Below the pieces are notes generated by a model. It did no database searches and was not told where the DNA came from. It saw only the letters and a program-made list of their open reading frames with translations. A program made the translations under genes and the position numbers. 42,036 nt of DNA from a virus. Its lineage: Duplodnaviria; Caudoviricetes. This document shows positions 28,253 to 37,264 of the stretch, one piece after another. The stretch lies in IMG/VR virus record IMGVR_UViG_3300049023_000062, positions 1 to 42,036 of that record, one strand, 5' to 3'. Every line of letters starts with the position of its first letter. Position 1 is the first letter of the stretch.

Positions 28253-29167
28253 GGTGATCCTCTTCGGAGGTTTGAGTTGACGGCTGTGCAATTCCGAGAG
28301 CGCGCCCTCGAAAGTGCCGACCTCGTCGACGAGACCCTGGGCGATGCCCTCGGCCCCGATGAAAACGCCGGCTTCCATAGCCAGCAACTTCTCCTGCGAC
28401 ACGCCGCGATGCTTCGTGACGGTATCGAGGAAATTCTGATTGACCCGGTTGATGTAAGAGCGGAGCTCGCCCTTGACCTCATCCGAGAGCTCGAACATCG
28501 GATGCCCCTGCTGCTTGCGCTTGCCGGTGACAAACAGCGTCGGCTTGATGCCCATGTCTGAAAGCATCTTCGAATGATCGAGATGCAACATGGCGGTGCC
28601 GATCGAGCCGGTCAGGCTCGAGCGGGAGGAGATGATGCGCGAGGCGCCCGAGGCGATCGCGTAGGCCGCCGAGCAGCAAAGACCGTTTGCCACGGCATAG
28701 ACCGGCTTCACCAGCGATGCCGCGCGAACCGCGTCGGCGACCTCGAACGCGCCGACGGCCTCGCCGCCACCGCTGTCGATGTCGAGCAGGATAGTCGAGA
28801 TCTCACGATCGGCGGCCGCCGCCGAAACCTGATGCTTGATCCCCTCGTAGGAGGTGATGCCGGAGAGCGACTGCAGGAAGCCGCCGCGGTTGACGAGCGA
28901 TCCCATCACCGGGATCAGCGCGGTCCCGCCGGCGGTCTCGCGGTACGGCTTCAGGTTCTTGCTGCCAGGCGACACCGGACGGTACTCGCCGGCGTAGCGC
29001 GAGGCCTGCACCGCGATGTGATGTTCGGCGTCGACCTTCAGGTCGCTGGCGTCGATCGAGATCCTGCCCTCCAGTACCTGGGCGATCACCGCCAGCTTTT
29101 CCGGGAGGATCATTAGCGGCTGGTTGATGACGCGCTCGGCGATCAGGGCGAGGAAAGTGCCGCTCAT
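27815..29167 (-). CDS. S49 family prohead protease with C-terminal scaffold (lambda gpC-like)
   Basis: LLDIDSGGG, CSAAYAIAS and GSIG motifs. Confidence 0.92.
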   Translation of the reverse strand: MSGTFLALIAERVINQPLMILPEKLAVIAQVLEGRISIDASDLKVDAEHHIAVQASRYAGEYRPVSPGSKNLKPYRETAGGTALIPVMGSLVNRGGFLQSLSGITSYEGIKHQVSAAAADREISTILLDIDSGGGEAVGAFEVADAVRAASLVKPVYAVANGLCCSAAYAIASGASRIISSRSSLTGSIGTAMLHLDHSKMLSDMGIKPTLFVTGKRKQQGHPMFELSDEVKGELRSYINRVNQNFLDTVTKHRGVSQEKLLAMEAGVFIGAEGIAQGLVDEVGTFEGALSELHSRQLKPPKRITMNDRTYTQTELDQAIASAKADGHKAGVAEGTAAGVKQGMTAQLERIKTVQSSEAYKGREASANHLLFTTELDAAAIGGAIAGLAVAAPEPKDQPKPTGERSQDNPGGLVIEGANAKDQPNDKPKSEFELGKEIASRLPAGLRAAS

Positions 29168-29169
29168 GT

Positions 29170-29466
29170 TCAAATCTCCCGCGTCGGTGGAAACCGCCGG
29201 CGAGCGCCGGCGGTGATGGCGAACCGACGCGGCGTCGTGACAACGCCGTTCGCCTCGTTGCATTTGTCCTGCGCGCGGTTCATTTCGTCGCGCAAGGTGG
29301 CAAGGTCCATCTTGTTGTAGCGGACCTCCTCCTCGCTATCGGCGCCGCGCGAGCGGATCAACGTCTCCTGGCCGCCGGCGACCGCGGAGTAGTAGATCTC
29401 GCTGAGGTAGGCCGCCATCAGGCACCAATAATCCGGAGCATTCGGATCGGTGGGCATCGTTGCCAT
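29170..29466 (-). CDS. gpW-like head completion protein
   Basis: G.Q..IR...EEEVRY...L..L...RRFAI pattern. Confidence 0.65.
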   Translation of the reverse strand: MATMPTDPNAPDYWCLMAAYLSEIYYSAVAGGQETLIRSRGADSEEEVRYNKMDLATLRDEMNRAQDKCNEANGVVTTPRRFAITAGARRRFPPTREI

Positions 29467-31031
29467 TACGCGTCCTCCTTCAGCAGCTGCTCGGCGGCGG
29501 GATCCGGCTCCATCGTCTTGTGCTCGGGCAGGCCGAGCTTCTGACGGAGCTTCATTTCCCGAGCGCGACGCTCGTACTCGTCGCCGATGTCATAACCGAG
29601 ATCGTCGGCGATCCGCTCGTCGCTCATGATGCCCATGTTTTTGTAGACTTCATGCGCCTTCGCAGTTTTCAGGTCGTCGGCCTGCGGCTTCGCAGGACCG
29701 CGCCAGTTCGCCAGCACCGCCGCCGGCCGGTTCGCCAGGAAGCCGAGCAGGCCGTTATCGAACGGGATATGCTCCTGCTCGATCTCCTCCTCGAGCCAGG
29801 CCTCGAACAGCGTCTGCGTGAACGAAGCTACGACCGCGCGCCGGCGCAAGATGATCGGCCAGATCTCCGACGTTGCCATGCGGATCGAGGAGTAGGTCGC
29901 CCCGGTGTAGTCGCCGGAAAGCGTCTCGAACGTCATGCCGAGGCAACGCGCCACCTCGCGTAGCAGCATCTTGGCGAACATCTCGTAGTTCTCGTTCGGA
30001 TGCTCCGATCGATTGAACTTCAGCTGTTCACCCGGGAACAGATGGACGACGCGCGAGACGCCGCCGGAGATGTCGATCTTGGAGTTGTCATACCAGGCGG
30101 TGCGCGCCTCCAGGATCCCGTCCATCGACAGATTGTCGATGCCTTGGTCGGCCTGCTCGCCCTCGCTCTGCAGGGCGCGCATGATTTCCTCGGTCGGCGC
30201 CTGGCCCTCCAGCGTTGCGGCAAAGATGACCTGGATCAGCGCGGCCTGCAGCGTGACGTCCGCCAGCTGGTCGAACTGCTTAACGGTCCGAAGCGCCGGC
30301 GCGAGTGGTGTGATGCCGCGCATCTGCCCAGGCTGGCCCTCCATCACATGCGCGACTTGCGGCCGCCCGACGCCGTCGCGAGCTCGCACCGGCGTGCCCC
30401 GCACATCCTCGGCGGTTGCCTTGATGAGGTAGGAGAGCGGCAAGCCATAAGCATCGGTCTTGATGCCCTGGAATACGCGATCGGCGATGTTGTCATCCTG
30501 GACCAGGCGCGTCGGCGGGAGCAGCTGCGACTTAGTCCCATTCATGTTGAACGGGCGCTTCACGAACGGAAACAGCGAGAGCGCCTCGCCGAAATTGTAC
30601 ATATGCCGGATGACCTGAGACTGCTGCAGCGCGACGTTCGCCTTCCCGGCAACGTCACACTCCAGCTTGTTCTCGGAGTAGGTCGTCCACCGGCGCTCGA
30701 CCAGGTCGCACCAATCGTCGGTCTTTTCCGGGCCCCAACCGAGCGCGACGCGATCGGGGCGAGCCGCCAGGCGCAGCCCGACGCCGATCGTCGAGGCGAT
30801 CGACTGATCCACCGCGCCAGCGATCCAGCCGGAGTTGTGCATCGCATCGATCGTCCGCGCCGCGGCGTCGGCATAAGACACGCGGACATCGTCGCGCTCC
30901 TCGCGGAGCGCGGCGTTCCAGTTCCAAAAGAACGGAGACTGGCTGCCGCGCATGTAGGACGCGCGCGGCCGCATCACCCGATCGATGGCATAGCCGCCAT
31001 TGGTGCCGACACGGATGCGAGGCTTTTTCAT
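29466..31031 (-). CDS. Portal protein, lambda family
   Basis: PGQMRGITPLAP and LSGDYTGATYSSIRM motifs. Confidence 0.93.
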   Translation of the reverse strand: MKKPRIRVGTNGGYAIDRVMRPRASYMRGSQSPFFWNWNAALREERDDVRVSYADAAARTIDAMHNSGWIAGAVDQSIASTIGVGLRLAARPDRVALGWGPEKTDDWCDLVERRWTTYSENKLECDVAGKANVALQQSQVIRHMYNFGEALSLFPFVKRPFNMNGTKSQLLPPTRLVQDDNIADRVFQGIKTDAYGLPLSYLIKATAEDVRGTPVRARDGVGRPQVAHVMEGQPGQMRGITPLAPALRTVKQFDQLADVTLQAALIQVIFAATLEGQAPTEEIMRALQSEGEQADQGIDNLSMDGILEARTAWYDNSKIDISGGVSRVVHLFPGEQLKFNRSEHPNENYEMFAKMLLREVARCLGMTFETLSGDYTGATYSSIRMATSEIWPIILRRRAVVASFTQTLFEAWLEEEIEQEHIPFDNGLLGFLANRPAAVLANWRGPAKPQADDLKTAKAHEVYKNMGIMSDERIADDLGYDIGDEYERRAREMKLRQKLGLPEHKTMEPDPAAEQLLKEDA

Positions 31032-31042
31032 TTGCGAACGTC

Positions 31043-33094
31043 CTACCGATTAAGTCGCCGCGCCAAATCGGCGTAGCGCTGTGCTCTCGTCTTGGCCGCC
31101 ACCGCGATCGGCGGGACCTTGGCGGCGATTGGTCGAGGCGCCGCCTGCATGACGTCAGACGGCGCCTCTGCCTGCGGTGGCTTCGGCGGGAGGGCGCCCC
31201 CGCCGGTCCCTCGCAGATGCTGAACGTTGAGCAGATGCCCGGCGGCCGCCGCCATCGCCTCGGCGTCGAGATAGTGGTTCTCGCGCGATCGCTGGACCCA
31301 TTGCGGCTTGTTGCTGGGCGTGATGACGCGCGCCTCGGCGACGATCTGCCGACAATAGTCCTCGGTCACGTCATGCGGGAGAAGCCAGGCGCCAGGCTGG
31401 TCATGCGGCCAGGCCAGGCGCTCGTGAACGAACGACTTCCAGTGATCGGTGTCGAGCCGCATGAGCTCGAGGCCGTACTTCAGCGCCTTGCCCTGCTGCG
31501 TGACCTCGATCGTCGACTTGACGAGCGGCCTCAGCATCACATGCGATGATCCCTTTGACGGGAATGCAAAGCGTCGATGCTTGCGGCAGAACTCATAAAC
31601 GCGGTTGACCGGAACGCCTTCCTTTTTGCCAGGACGGAAGCCGCTGTCGATGAAGGCAACCTTGATGAGCAGGTGACCGATCGGCTCGCGGAGCAGATCG
31701 GACAGGTCATCCCAGATCGCCTCGTCGGCGGTGCTGCCGTGGAGCTCGCCGAACCGGACGAGCGCCGAGGTCGCCTTGTAGCCCCAGGCGCGAACCACAT
31801 AGATCAGCCGGTTCTTCTGCACGTCGCAACCGAACGTCAGGTACCGCGCCCAGTCCGGCAACGCGCCGCACACATGGTCGGCGCCCTGGCGGTTCTCGTA
31901 GAGATGCTCCCAGGGCGGGACGTCGCCGGTGCCGTCGACATAGCACTCGCCAAATTGCGAATTAAGCGCGGTCTGGATCTTGGCGCTCTCGTTGGTGCGG
32001 AACGCCGCCAGGTAGTTCTCGACGCGCTGCCCGAACGAGACGAACGGGGACGCCAGGCCGGAGACCCAGAACGAAAGCGTCGAACTGTCCGGCGGCTCGC
32101 CGGTGACGCGACCGTCGACATCGATCGCCTGACCAGGAGCGACATGCCGGCCCTTCGCGTTCATCCGACGCTTGTGCTTGTCCTCGATCACGCAACCGTT
32201 GGACGGGCAGCGCAGATAGGCATCGCGCCGCGCCTGCGCCGGCGTGGCGCCCTTGGGCCAGGACATCAGGTTGAACCGAGGCACAAACCAGGAGGAGCAG
32301 TGCGGACACTGCCATGTCCAATGGTGCCGCGTGCCTTCCTGCCAGAGCCGCCAGATCGGCGACTTGACGTCGTCGGTTTCGGCGACCGACCAGAACTCGA
32401 GGCCCGACACCGGGTCGATGGTGGTCTCGATCATGCCGGTGGATGGCGTTGACACAATGCCCGTCGTGAAATCCGCGTAGGTGTCGCCGCGAGCCTCGAT
32501 CAGGCCGAGCGGATCGCCCTGCCCTTTCACGTTCGCGAGCATTTCGTCGTACTCGTCGACCAGGGCGAACGATGCCGGGTCGCTCTTCAGCGCGGTCGAC
32601 GATCCCGCATGCGCCAGGCGGATGCGCGTGCCGTTGACCCGCTTCAGGGTGCGCTTCTGGCGCTTGCCGTCAAGCCCGCCCTCGACCTTGCGGAGCAGCG
32701 ACGGCGCCTGCCTGAACAATTCGACCAGGCGAGGCTCGAACTGGTCGGTCAAAAACTCCTTCGACGGACCGACATAGATGATCGGCATCGGCCGGTTATC
32801 GAGCCGCTCGCCGATGATGTCGAGGAAAGCCTCGGTCTTGCCGGTCTGCGCCGAGGTCGCCAGCACGACGCGACGATACTTCGCGTTCGAAAACTGCCGC
32901 TCGAACTCGATCATGTAAGGCGTTAGCGTCGGATCGCGGCGACCAGGCCAACCGGTCTGCTCGGAATAGGTGCGGTTTTCCGCGCCCCATTGATCAGGCG
33001 TCTGCCTCTTCGGGCTCCAAAACAATTGCGCTGCGTGTTTCAGCAGCTTTGCTCGCGGCGTCAAATGACGCTCGGACCTTGGCAATGCGGACAT
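31043..33094 (-). CDS. Terminase large subunit, GpA family (start uncertain)
   Basis: SAQTGKT Walker A, LVDEYD Walker B, STP, CPHC, GCDVQ, IDSG and NHYLD motifs. Confidence 0.95.
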   Translation of the reverse strand: MSALPRSERHLTPRAKLLKHAAQLFWSPKRQTPDQWGAENRTYSEQTGWPGRRDPTLTPYMIEFERQFSNAKYRRVVLATSAQTGKTEAFLDIIGERLDNRPMPIIYVGPSKEFLTDQFEPRLVELFRQAPSLLRKVEGGLDGKRQKRTLKRVNGTRIRLAHAGSSTALKSDPASFALVDEYDEMLANVKGQGDPLGLIEARGDTYADFTTGIVSTPSTGMIETTIDPVSGLEFWSVAETDDVKSPIWRLWQEGTRHHWTWQCPHCSSWFVPRFNLMSWPKGATPAQARRDAYLRCPSNGCVIEDKHKRRMNAKGRHVAPGQAIDVDGRVTGEPPDSSTLSFWVSGLASPFVSFGQRVENYLAAFRTNESAKIQTALNSQFGECYVDGTGDVPPWEHLYENRQGADHVCGALPDWARYLTFGCDVQKNRLIYVVRAWGYKATSALVRFGELHGSTADEAIWDDLSDLLREPIGHLLIKVAFIDSGFRPGKKEGVPVNRVYEFCRKHRRFAFPSKGSSHVMLRPLVKSTIEVTQQGKALKYGLELMRLDTDHWKSFVHERLAWPHDQPGAWLLPHDVTEDYCRQIVAEARVITPSNKPQWVQRSRENHYLDAEAMAAAAGHLLNVQHLRGTGGGALPPKPPQAEAPSDVMQAAPRPIAAKVPPIAVAAKTRAQRYADLARRLNR

Positions 33095-33503
33095 CGAGTT
33101 CTTTCTCAACCTTCGCGCGGAGCTCCGGATCGCGCGTAACAGCCGCCGGCAGACCGGACAACTCCGAGCGGAGCGTCCCCAGCACGTCCGAAAACAGCGG
33201 GATCAGATCGTCGACGTGGATGAGATCGCGTTTCTCCCGAGCGGTGCGGAGCTCGATCTCGTTGGCGCGTGCTTCCTGCACGCGCGAGACGGACTTGGTG
33301 ATGGTGGCGCGGCGGTTCTCGTCCTTCAGCCAATTGATGTAGCCCTGCACCACGTCGATCACCCGGTACCGATTGGTGCCGAGCTTCTTGACAAAGCCGT
33401 CCTTGACCAGCTTCCCGAGCCAGGGCGCCGTGATCATGATCAACCGGCAGGCGGTGGCGGTATCGCATTCGCCAGGACCGAGCGGCGCCGGCTCTTTTGC
33501 CAT
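32994..33503 (-). CDS. Terminase small subunit, Nu1-like
   Basis: N-terminal HTH (LVKDG...Y...DVVQGYI) plus coiled coil; overlaps terL. Confidence 0.85.
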   Translation of the reverse strand: MAKEPAPLGPGECDTATACRLIMITAPWLGKLVKDGFVKKLGTNRYRVIDVVQGYINWLKDENRRATITKSVSRVQEARANEIELRTAREKRDLIHVDDLIPLFSDVLGTLRSELSGLPAAVTRDPELRAKVEKELDVRIAKVRASFDAASKAAETRSAIVLEPEEADA

Positions 33504-33557
33504 TTGTTAACCCCGTTTCGCCCGAATTCGGGCCCGAACACCGCCAGATTAGCCGGA

Positions 33558-33598
33558 AAACGCAATCGTTGCACAGGCTGCTCTCAACGGTTGCGTTT
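33558..33598. repeat. 14-bp inverted repeat in the divergent terS / accessory intergenic region
   Basis: AAACGCAATCGTTG-N13-CAACGGTTGCGTTT, one mismatch. Confidence 0.75.
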
Positions 33599-33619
33599 CG
33601 CGGCCTTTCCGGTTACAAA
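33591..33619 (+). promoter_or_regulatory. Putative sigma70 promoter for the plus-strand accessory block
   Basis: TTGCGT-N17-TACAAA about 60 nt upstream of the first ATG. Confidence 0.55.
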
Positions 33620-33679
33620 TCGAAACCGGGCGAGACCGCTGCCGCGGGCGCCCGGGACAACCGAACGGAGATCAACACG

Positions 33680-34075
33680 ATGAGGATCAACACCGCCAAG
33701 GCGCTCGCCCGCCGCGCCGCCTTCGACATCCTGGCGCATACCGAACTGCGCGATTTCACAAAGGACGACTGGTACGGCTTTGCCGGCTGCGAGAGCAGCA
33801 ACCCGATGATCGGCATCGCCGGCGACTTCACGGTCGTTCTCGACGGCTCCTGCCTGATGATCGTCCACAATGCCGATGAGGAAGGCGGAGAGACCTTCTC
33901 CGTAACGATGGAAGATGCGCTTGAGGACGCCCGGATCGCCCGCCACCTCTTCAACTCTAGCAAGGGCGGGAACGCTCGCGGCATCACAGAGAACGATCGA
34001 ACCGAGCTCCTCGAATTCATCGGCGGCTATGACGCCCGCCACGCCGAGCGCGCTGCATACGGAAGGCCGGTCTGA
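33680..34075 (+). CDS. Hypothetical protein
   Basis: Start MRINTAK after the AACGGAGATCA motif. Confidence 0.7.
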   Translation: MRINTAKALARRAAFDILAHTELRDFTKDDWYGFAGCESSNPMIGIAGDFTVVLDGSCLMIVHNADEEGGETFSVTMEDALEDARIARHLFNSSKGGNARGITENDRTELLEFIGGYDARHAERAAYGRPV

Positions 34076-34176
34076 TGGTCACGCGCCGCGACGCCTGGAT
34101 CGACACCGCCCTCCTGCTTGCGATCGGCCTCACCTTCGCGCCGGTCCTCGCAATCGCCTCTCGCCTCATTTTCTGA
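34075..34176 (+). CDS. 33-aa membrane peptide (not in the ORF track)
   Basis: TGATG coupling; MVTRRDAWIDTALLLAIGLTFAPVLAIASRLIF. Confidence 0.55.
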   Translation: MVTRRDAWIDTALLLAIGLTFAPVLAIASRLIF

Positions 34177-34187
34177 ACGGAGATCAC

Positions 34188-35792
34188 ATGACCAAAGGAC
34201 AAGAAACCGCCGCCGACGTCGCCGCCCTGCTGCGCGCCCGCAACTGCCTGATCTGGATCGCGACCAGGGAGGAGGAGCGCGTCGAGCGCCTCCTCATCGA
34301 AGCCGCCGCCTCGGCGAGATACATTCCGCAGACTTGGGATGTCGGCGCCGGCGTCGCCTTGATGGACGGCAGCGAGCCATCCCCCAAGCTTCGGGCGCTC
34401 GTTGACCCAAGCGACGCCCTCGACACGATCGCGACCAGCCTGAACCCCAACGCGCCCGGCGGCAGCCGCCCGAACCGGACGCTGACGATCATGCGCGACC
34501 TGCCGGTCTGGATCAGCGGACCGACTGGAGCCTCAACTCTCCGGAAACTTCGCAACCTCGCCCGCGAGATGCCGAAGGCGGATAACACTCGCTCCCAGGC
34601 GATCATCGTCCTCTCGCCATCCGCTGAGATCCCGCCGGAGCTCTCGAACCACGCCACGGTGATCGAGTGGCCAATGCCGGACCGGGAGGAGATCGGCGAT
34701 CGCCTCGACGTTTCGATCAGGTCGGTCCAGGCGACGATCCCGGACTACAAGCTGACCGAGGAGCAGCGAGCCGCCGCGATCGACGCGGCGGTAGGCCTCA
34801 CGGACGAGGAGGCCGCATCCTGCTTCTCCCGCTCCTTGGTCGCCACGCGGAGCATCCAGCCGAAGCTGATCTCGAAAGAGAAAAAGCGGATCATCGCCCG
34901 CGAGCGCGTGCTCGAGTGGTTCGATCCGATCCCGGGCGGCCTCGCCGCGGTCGGCGGCCTCGAAAACCTGAAGGCCTGGCTCCAGGCTCGCTCGGGAGCC
35001 TACAGCCAGGCGGCGCGAGAGTACGGCCTGCCGGCGCCGAAGGGCGCCATGCTGGTCGGCATCCCGGGATGCGGCAAGTCACTCACCGCCAAGGCGATTG
35101 CTACCGCTTGGTCCTGCCCCCTGCTCAAGGTCGACCTCGGCGCCCTCAAGAGCAAGTTCGTCGGCGAGAGCGAGCAGAACCTGCGGAAGGCCTTCAAGGT
35201 GATCGAGGCGATCGGCCGCTGCGTGGTCTGGTTTGACGAGATCGAGAAGGCGCTGCAGGGATCGACCTCCGGATCCGCCGACGGCGGCGTTTCCGCCGAC
35301 GCCCTCGGCGCGGTGCTCAACTGGATGCAGGAGCGCCAGGGCGAGGCCTTCGTGATCGCCACGGCGAACAAGATCGACGACCTCCCGCCGGAGCTCCTCC
35401 GCAAGGGTCGGTTTGACGAGATTTTCTTCGTCGACCTCCCGACGACCGCCGAGCGCGGCGAGATCCTGCTGGCCGCGCTCCGAGCTCACGACCGAGCCGG
35501 CGTCTCGATCGACCTCGCGGCGATCGCGGCGGCGACCGCCGACTTCACAGGCTCTGAAGTCGCCGCGATCGTGCCCGACGCCCTATTCATGGGCTTCGCT
35601 GATAACCAGCGCGAGATCCAGACCACCGACCTCCTGGCCGCGGCGGCCGCGGTGGTGCCCCTGGCAAAGACCGCTGAAGAGAAGATCCGGAAACTGCGGG
35701 AGTGGGCGGCTAGCGGCCGCGCGCGCCCTGCGAGCGCCCCGGAAGCCGCCAGGACGCGCGGACCGAGCGCCCGCCAACTCGACCTCGCCTAA
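34188..35792 (+). CDS. Ycf46-like AAA+ ATPase (SpoVK/Ycf46/Vps4 group)
   Basis: Degenerate N-terminal AAA domain (EEER, RKLRNL), GIPGCGKS Walker A, FDEIEK Walker B, LPPELLRKGRFD. Confidence 0.9.
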   Translation: MTKGQETAADVAALLRARNCLIWIATREEERVERLLIEAAASARYIPQTWDVGAGVALMDGSEPSPKLRALVDPSDALDTIATSLNPNAPGGSRPNRTLTIMRDLPVWISGPTGASTLRKLRNLAREMPKADNTRSQAIIVLSPSAEIPPELSNHATVIEWPMPDREEIGDRLDVSIRSVQATIPDYKLTEEQRAAAIDAAVGLTDEEAASCFSRSLVATRSIQPKLISKEKKRIIARERVLEWFDPIPGGLAAVGGLENLKAWLQARSGAYSQAAREYGLPAPKGAMLVGIPGCGKSLTAKAIATAWSCPLLKVDLGALKSKFVGESEQNLRKAFKVIEAIGRCVVWFDEIEKALQGSTSGSADGGVSADALGAVLNWMQERQGEAFVIATANKIDDLPPELLRKGRFDEIFFVDLPTTAERGEILLAALRAHDRAGVSIDLAAIAAATADFTGSEVAAIVPDALFMGFADNQREIQTTDLLAAAAAVVPLAKTAEEKIRKLREWAASGRARPASAPEAARTRGPSARQLDLA

Positions 35793-35819
35793 CCCCATCA
35801 CCCGAAAGGAACCGAAACG

Positions 35820-36569
35820 ATGATCACCTCAACCGACAGCACACTCCGCCCAGGCCTCCTGGTCTCGCTCAACACCTCGGTGGCCGGCAACGTCCAGTAC
35901 GACAAAAAGGAGATCGAGGCCGATCACCTGACCGAGGACGGCAAGCGCCGGGCCCGCTGGGAGACCGAGCGCGTGATCGAAGATCCCGAGGAGCACGCCA
36001 GGGCGCTCAAGGTTCGGAATAAGTGCCTCTCCCTGGTCCGGCTGGTTTGCGTCCGCTCCGCCTTCGGCCTGCTCTGCGCCGAGATCGATGAGCCGAAACT
36101 GCGCGGCGCCCTGCGCGAGGCAAACCGGCTCGCCGAGGAGTTCAACGAAACCGCCAAACTGAACCGGGTCAAGATCCACACAATCATCGGTCGGGTCGCA
36201 GCCGACGACGTCGAGGCGGTGAAAGCGATCAACTCCGAGATCAGCGCGCTGATGCGCCAGATGGAAACCGGCATCGAGCGCCTGGACGTCAAGGCGGTGC
36301 GCGAGGCGGCCGCCGAGGCAAAGAACCGAGCTCAGATGCTCTCGCCGGACGCCGCGGCGCGGGTCCAGACCGCGATCGACCTCGCCCGCCAGGCGGCGAC
36401 CAGGATCAAGGCCGCCGGCGAGGCCGCGGCGATCGAGATCGACCGCGCGACGATCGCCAGGATCGCCGAGCAGCGGACCGCCTTCATCGACCTGGAGGAT
36501 GCGGCGCCGATCCAGAAGCCGGCGGTGAGCGCCCGAACCCTCGACCTCGAACCCCTCCTGGAGCAGTGA
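35820..36569 (+). CDS. Helical partner protein of the AAA ATPase
   Basis: 249 aa, AAGGA RBS, long amphipathic helices. Confidence 0.8.
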   Translation: MITSTDSTLRPGLLVSLNTSVAGNVQYDKKEIEADHLTEDGKRRARWETERVIEDPEEHARALKVRNKCLSLVRLVCVRSAFGLLCAEIDEPKLRGALREANRLAEEFNETAKLNRVKIHTIIGRVAADDVEAVKAINSEISALMRQMETGIERLDVKAVREAAAEAKNRAQMLSPDAAARVQTAIDLARQAATRIKAAGEAAAIEIDRATIARIAEQRTAFIDLEDAAPIQKPAVSARTLDLEPLLEQ

Positions 36570-36574
36570 GCGCC

Positions 36575-36913
36575 ATGGCCTGCGAGACCTACATCCGCAA
36601 GGGCCAGACCCTTGCGGAGCGCAAAGACGAGATCCGGCGCGTGACCGAAAAGTTCATCGCCGGCATCAAGCAAGGGATCGTCCAGGTGAAGGTCGACGCC
36701 AAAGGCGGCGTCACCTTTTCCGGGATCCCCGAGGCGGACCGCCCAGGCATCACCGACGCCTGCATCTATCGCCGGATCATGGTGTCCGGCTCGCAACTCG
36801 CGATCCAGGCGATCGCGAAAGCCGAGCGGCTCGCGGGCCGCTCGGTCGACCGACAACTCGTCGCCCAGGGCTATCACTCACATGACGGAGGCAACTCATG
36901 GCATCGCCACTGA
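36575..36913 (+). CDS. Small AAA-operon protein with His-rich C-terminus
   Basis: MACETY start, GGAG RBS; VKVDAKGGVTF and HSHDGGNSWHRH motifs. Confidence 0.75.
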   Translation: MACETYIRKGQTLAERKDEIRRVTEKFIAGIKQGIVQVKVDAKGGVTFSGIPEADRPGITDACIYRRIMVSGSQLAIQAIAKAERLAGRSVDRQLVAQGYHSHDGGNSWHRH

Positions 36914-37119
36914 ACTACCCGACCAAGATGACGGACCGCGAGCTCGCGATCTACGGCGCGATTTCCAAGCTATGGGGACCGGCAGCTGCGGCGAAGCACA
37001 TCGACAGCCTGCGCCGACCGAGACCAGCCATTGCCGGATGGCAACGCGCCGGCCTCGCGGGAGCATTCATCGGCCTTTGCGCGCTCGCCGGCTGGATCGC
37101 CGGCGGGCTGCGCTTCTGA
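36898..37119 (+). CDS. Small protein with C-terminal TM helix
   Basis: GGAGG RBS; GLAGAFIGLCALAGWIAGG. Confidence 0.55.
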   Translation: MASPLNYPTKMTDRELAIYGAISKLWGPAAAAKHIDSLRRPRPAIAGWQRAGLAGAFIGLCALAGWIAGGLRF

Positions 37120-37135
37120 GCGGGAGGCAAGGGGA

Positions 37136-37264
37136 ATGCTTGCCATCATCACCGCCTGCGCCGGCGTCATTGCACTCGCGCTCTTCGCGCTCATCGCGCT
37201 GATCGTGTGGGCGACCAGGTGGACCACGTTTCATCCGATCGAAAACCAGGGAGACTTCGAATGA
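37136..37264 (+). CDS. 42-aa membrane peptide
   Basis: MLAIITACAGVIALALFALIALIVW; purine-rich RBS. Confidence 0.5.
   Translation: MLAIITACAGVIALALFALIALIVWATRWTTFHPIENQGDFE

Noticed and set aside
33915-34187. 91-aa N-terminal extension of the AAA ATPase in the ORF track
   Set aside because: Overlaps two better-supported genes; the RBS motif marks ATG 34188 as the start
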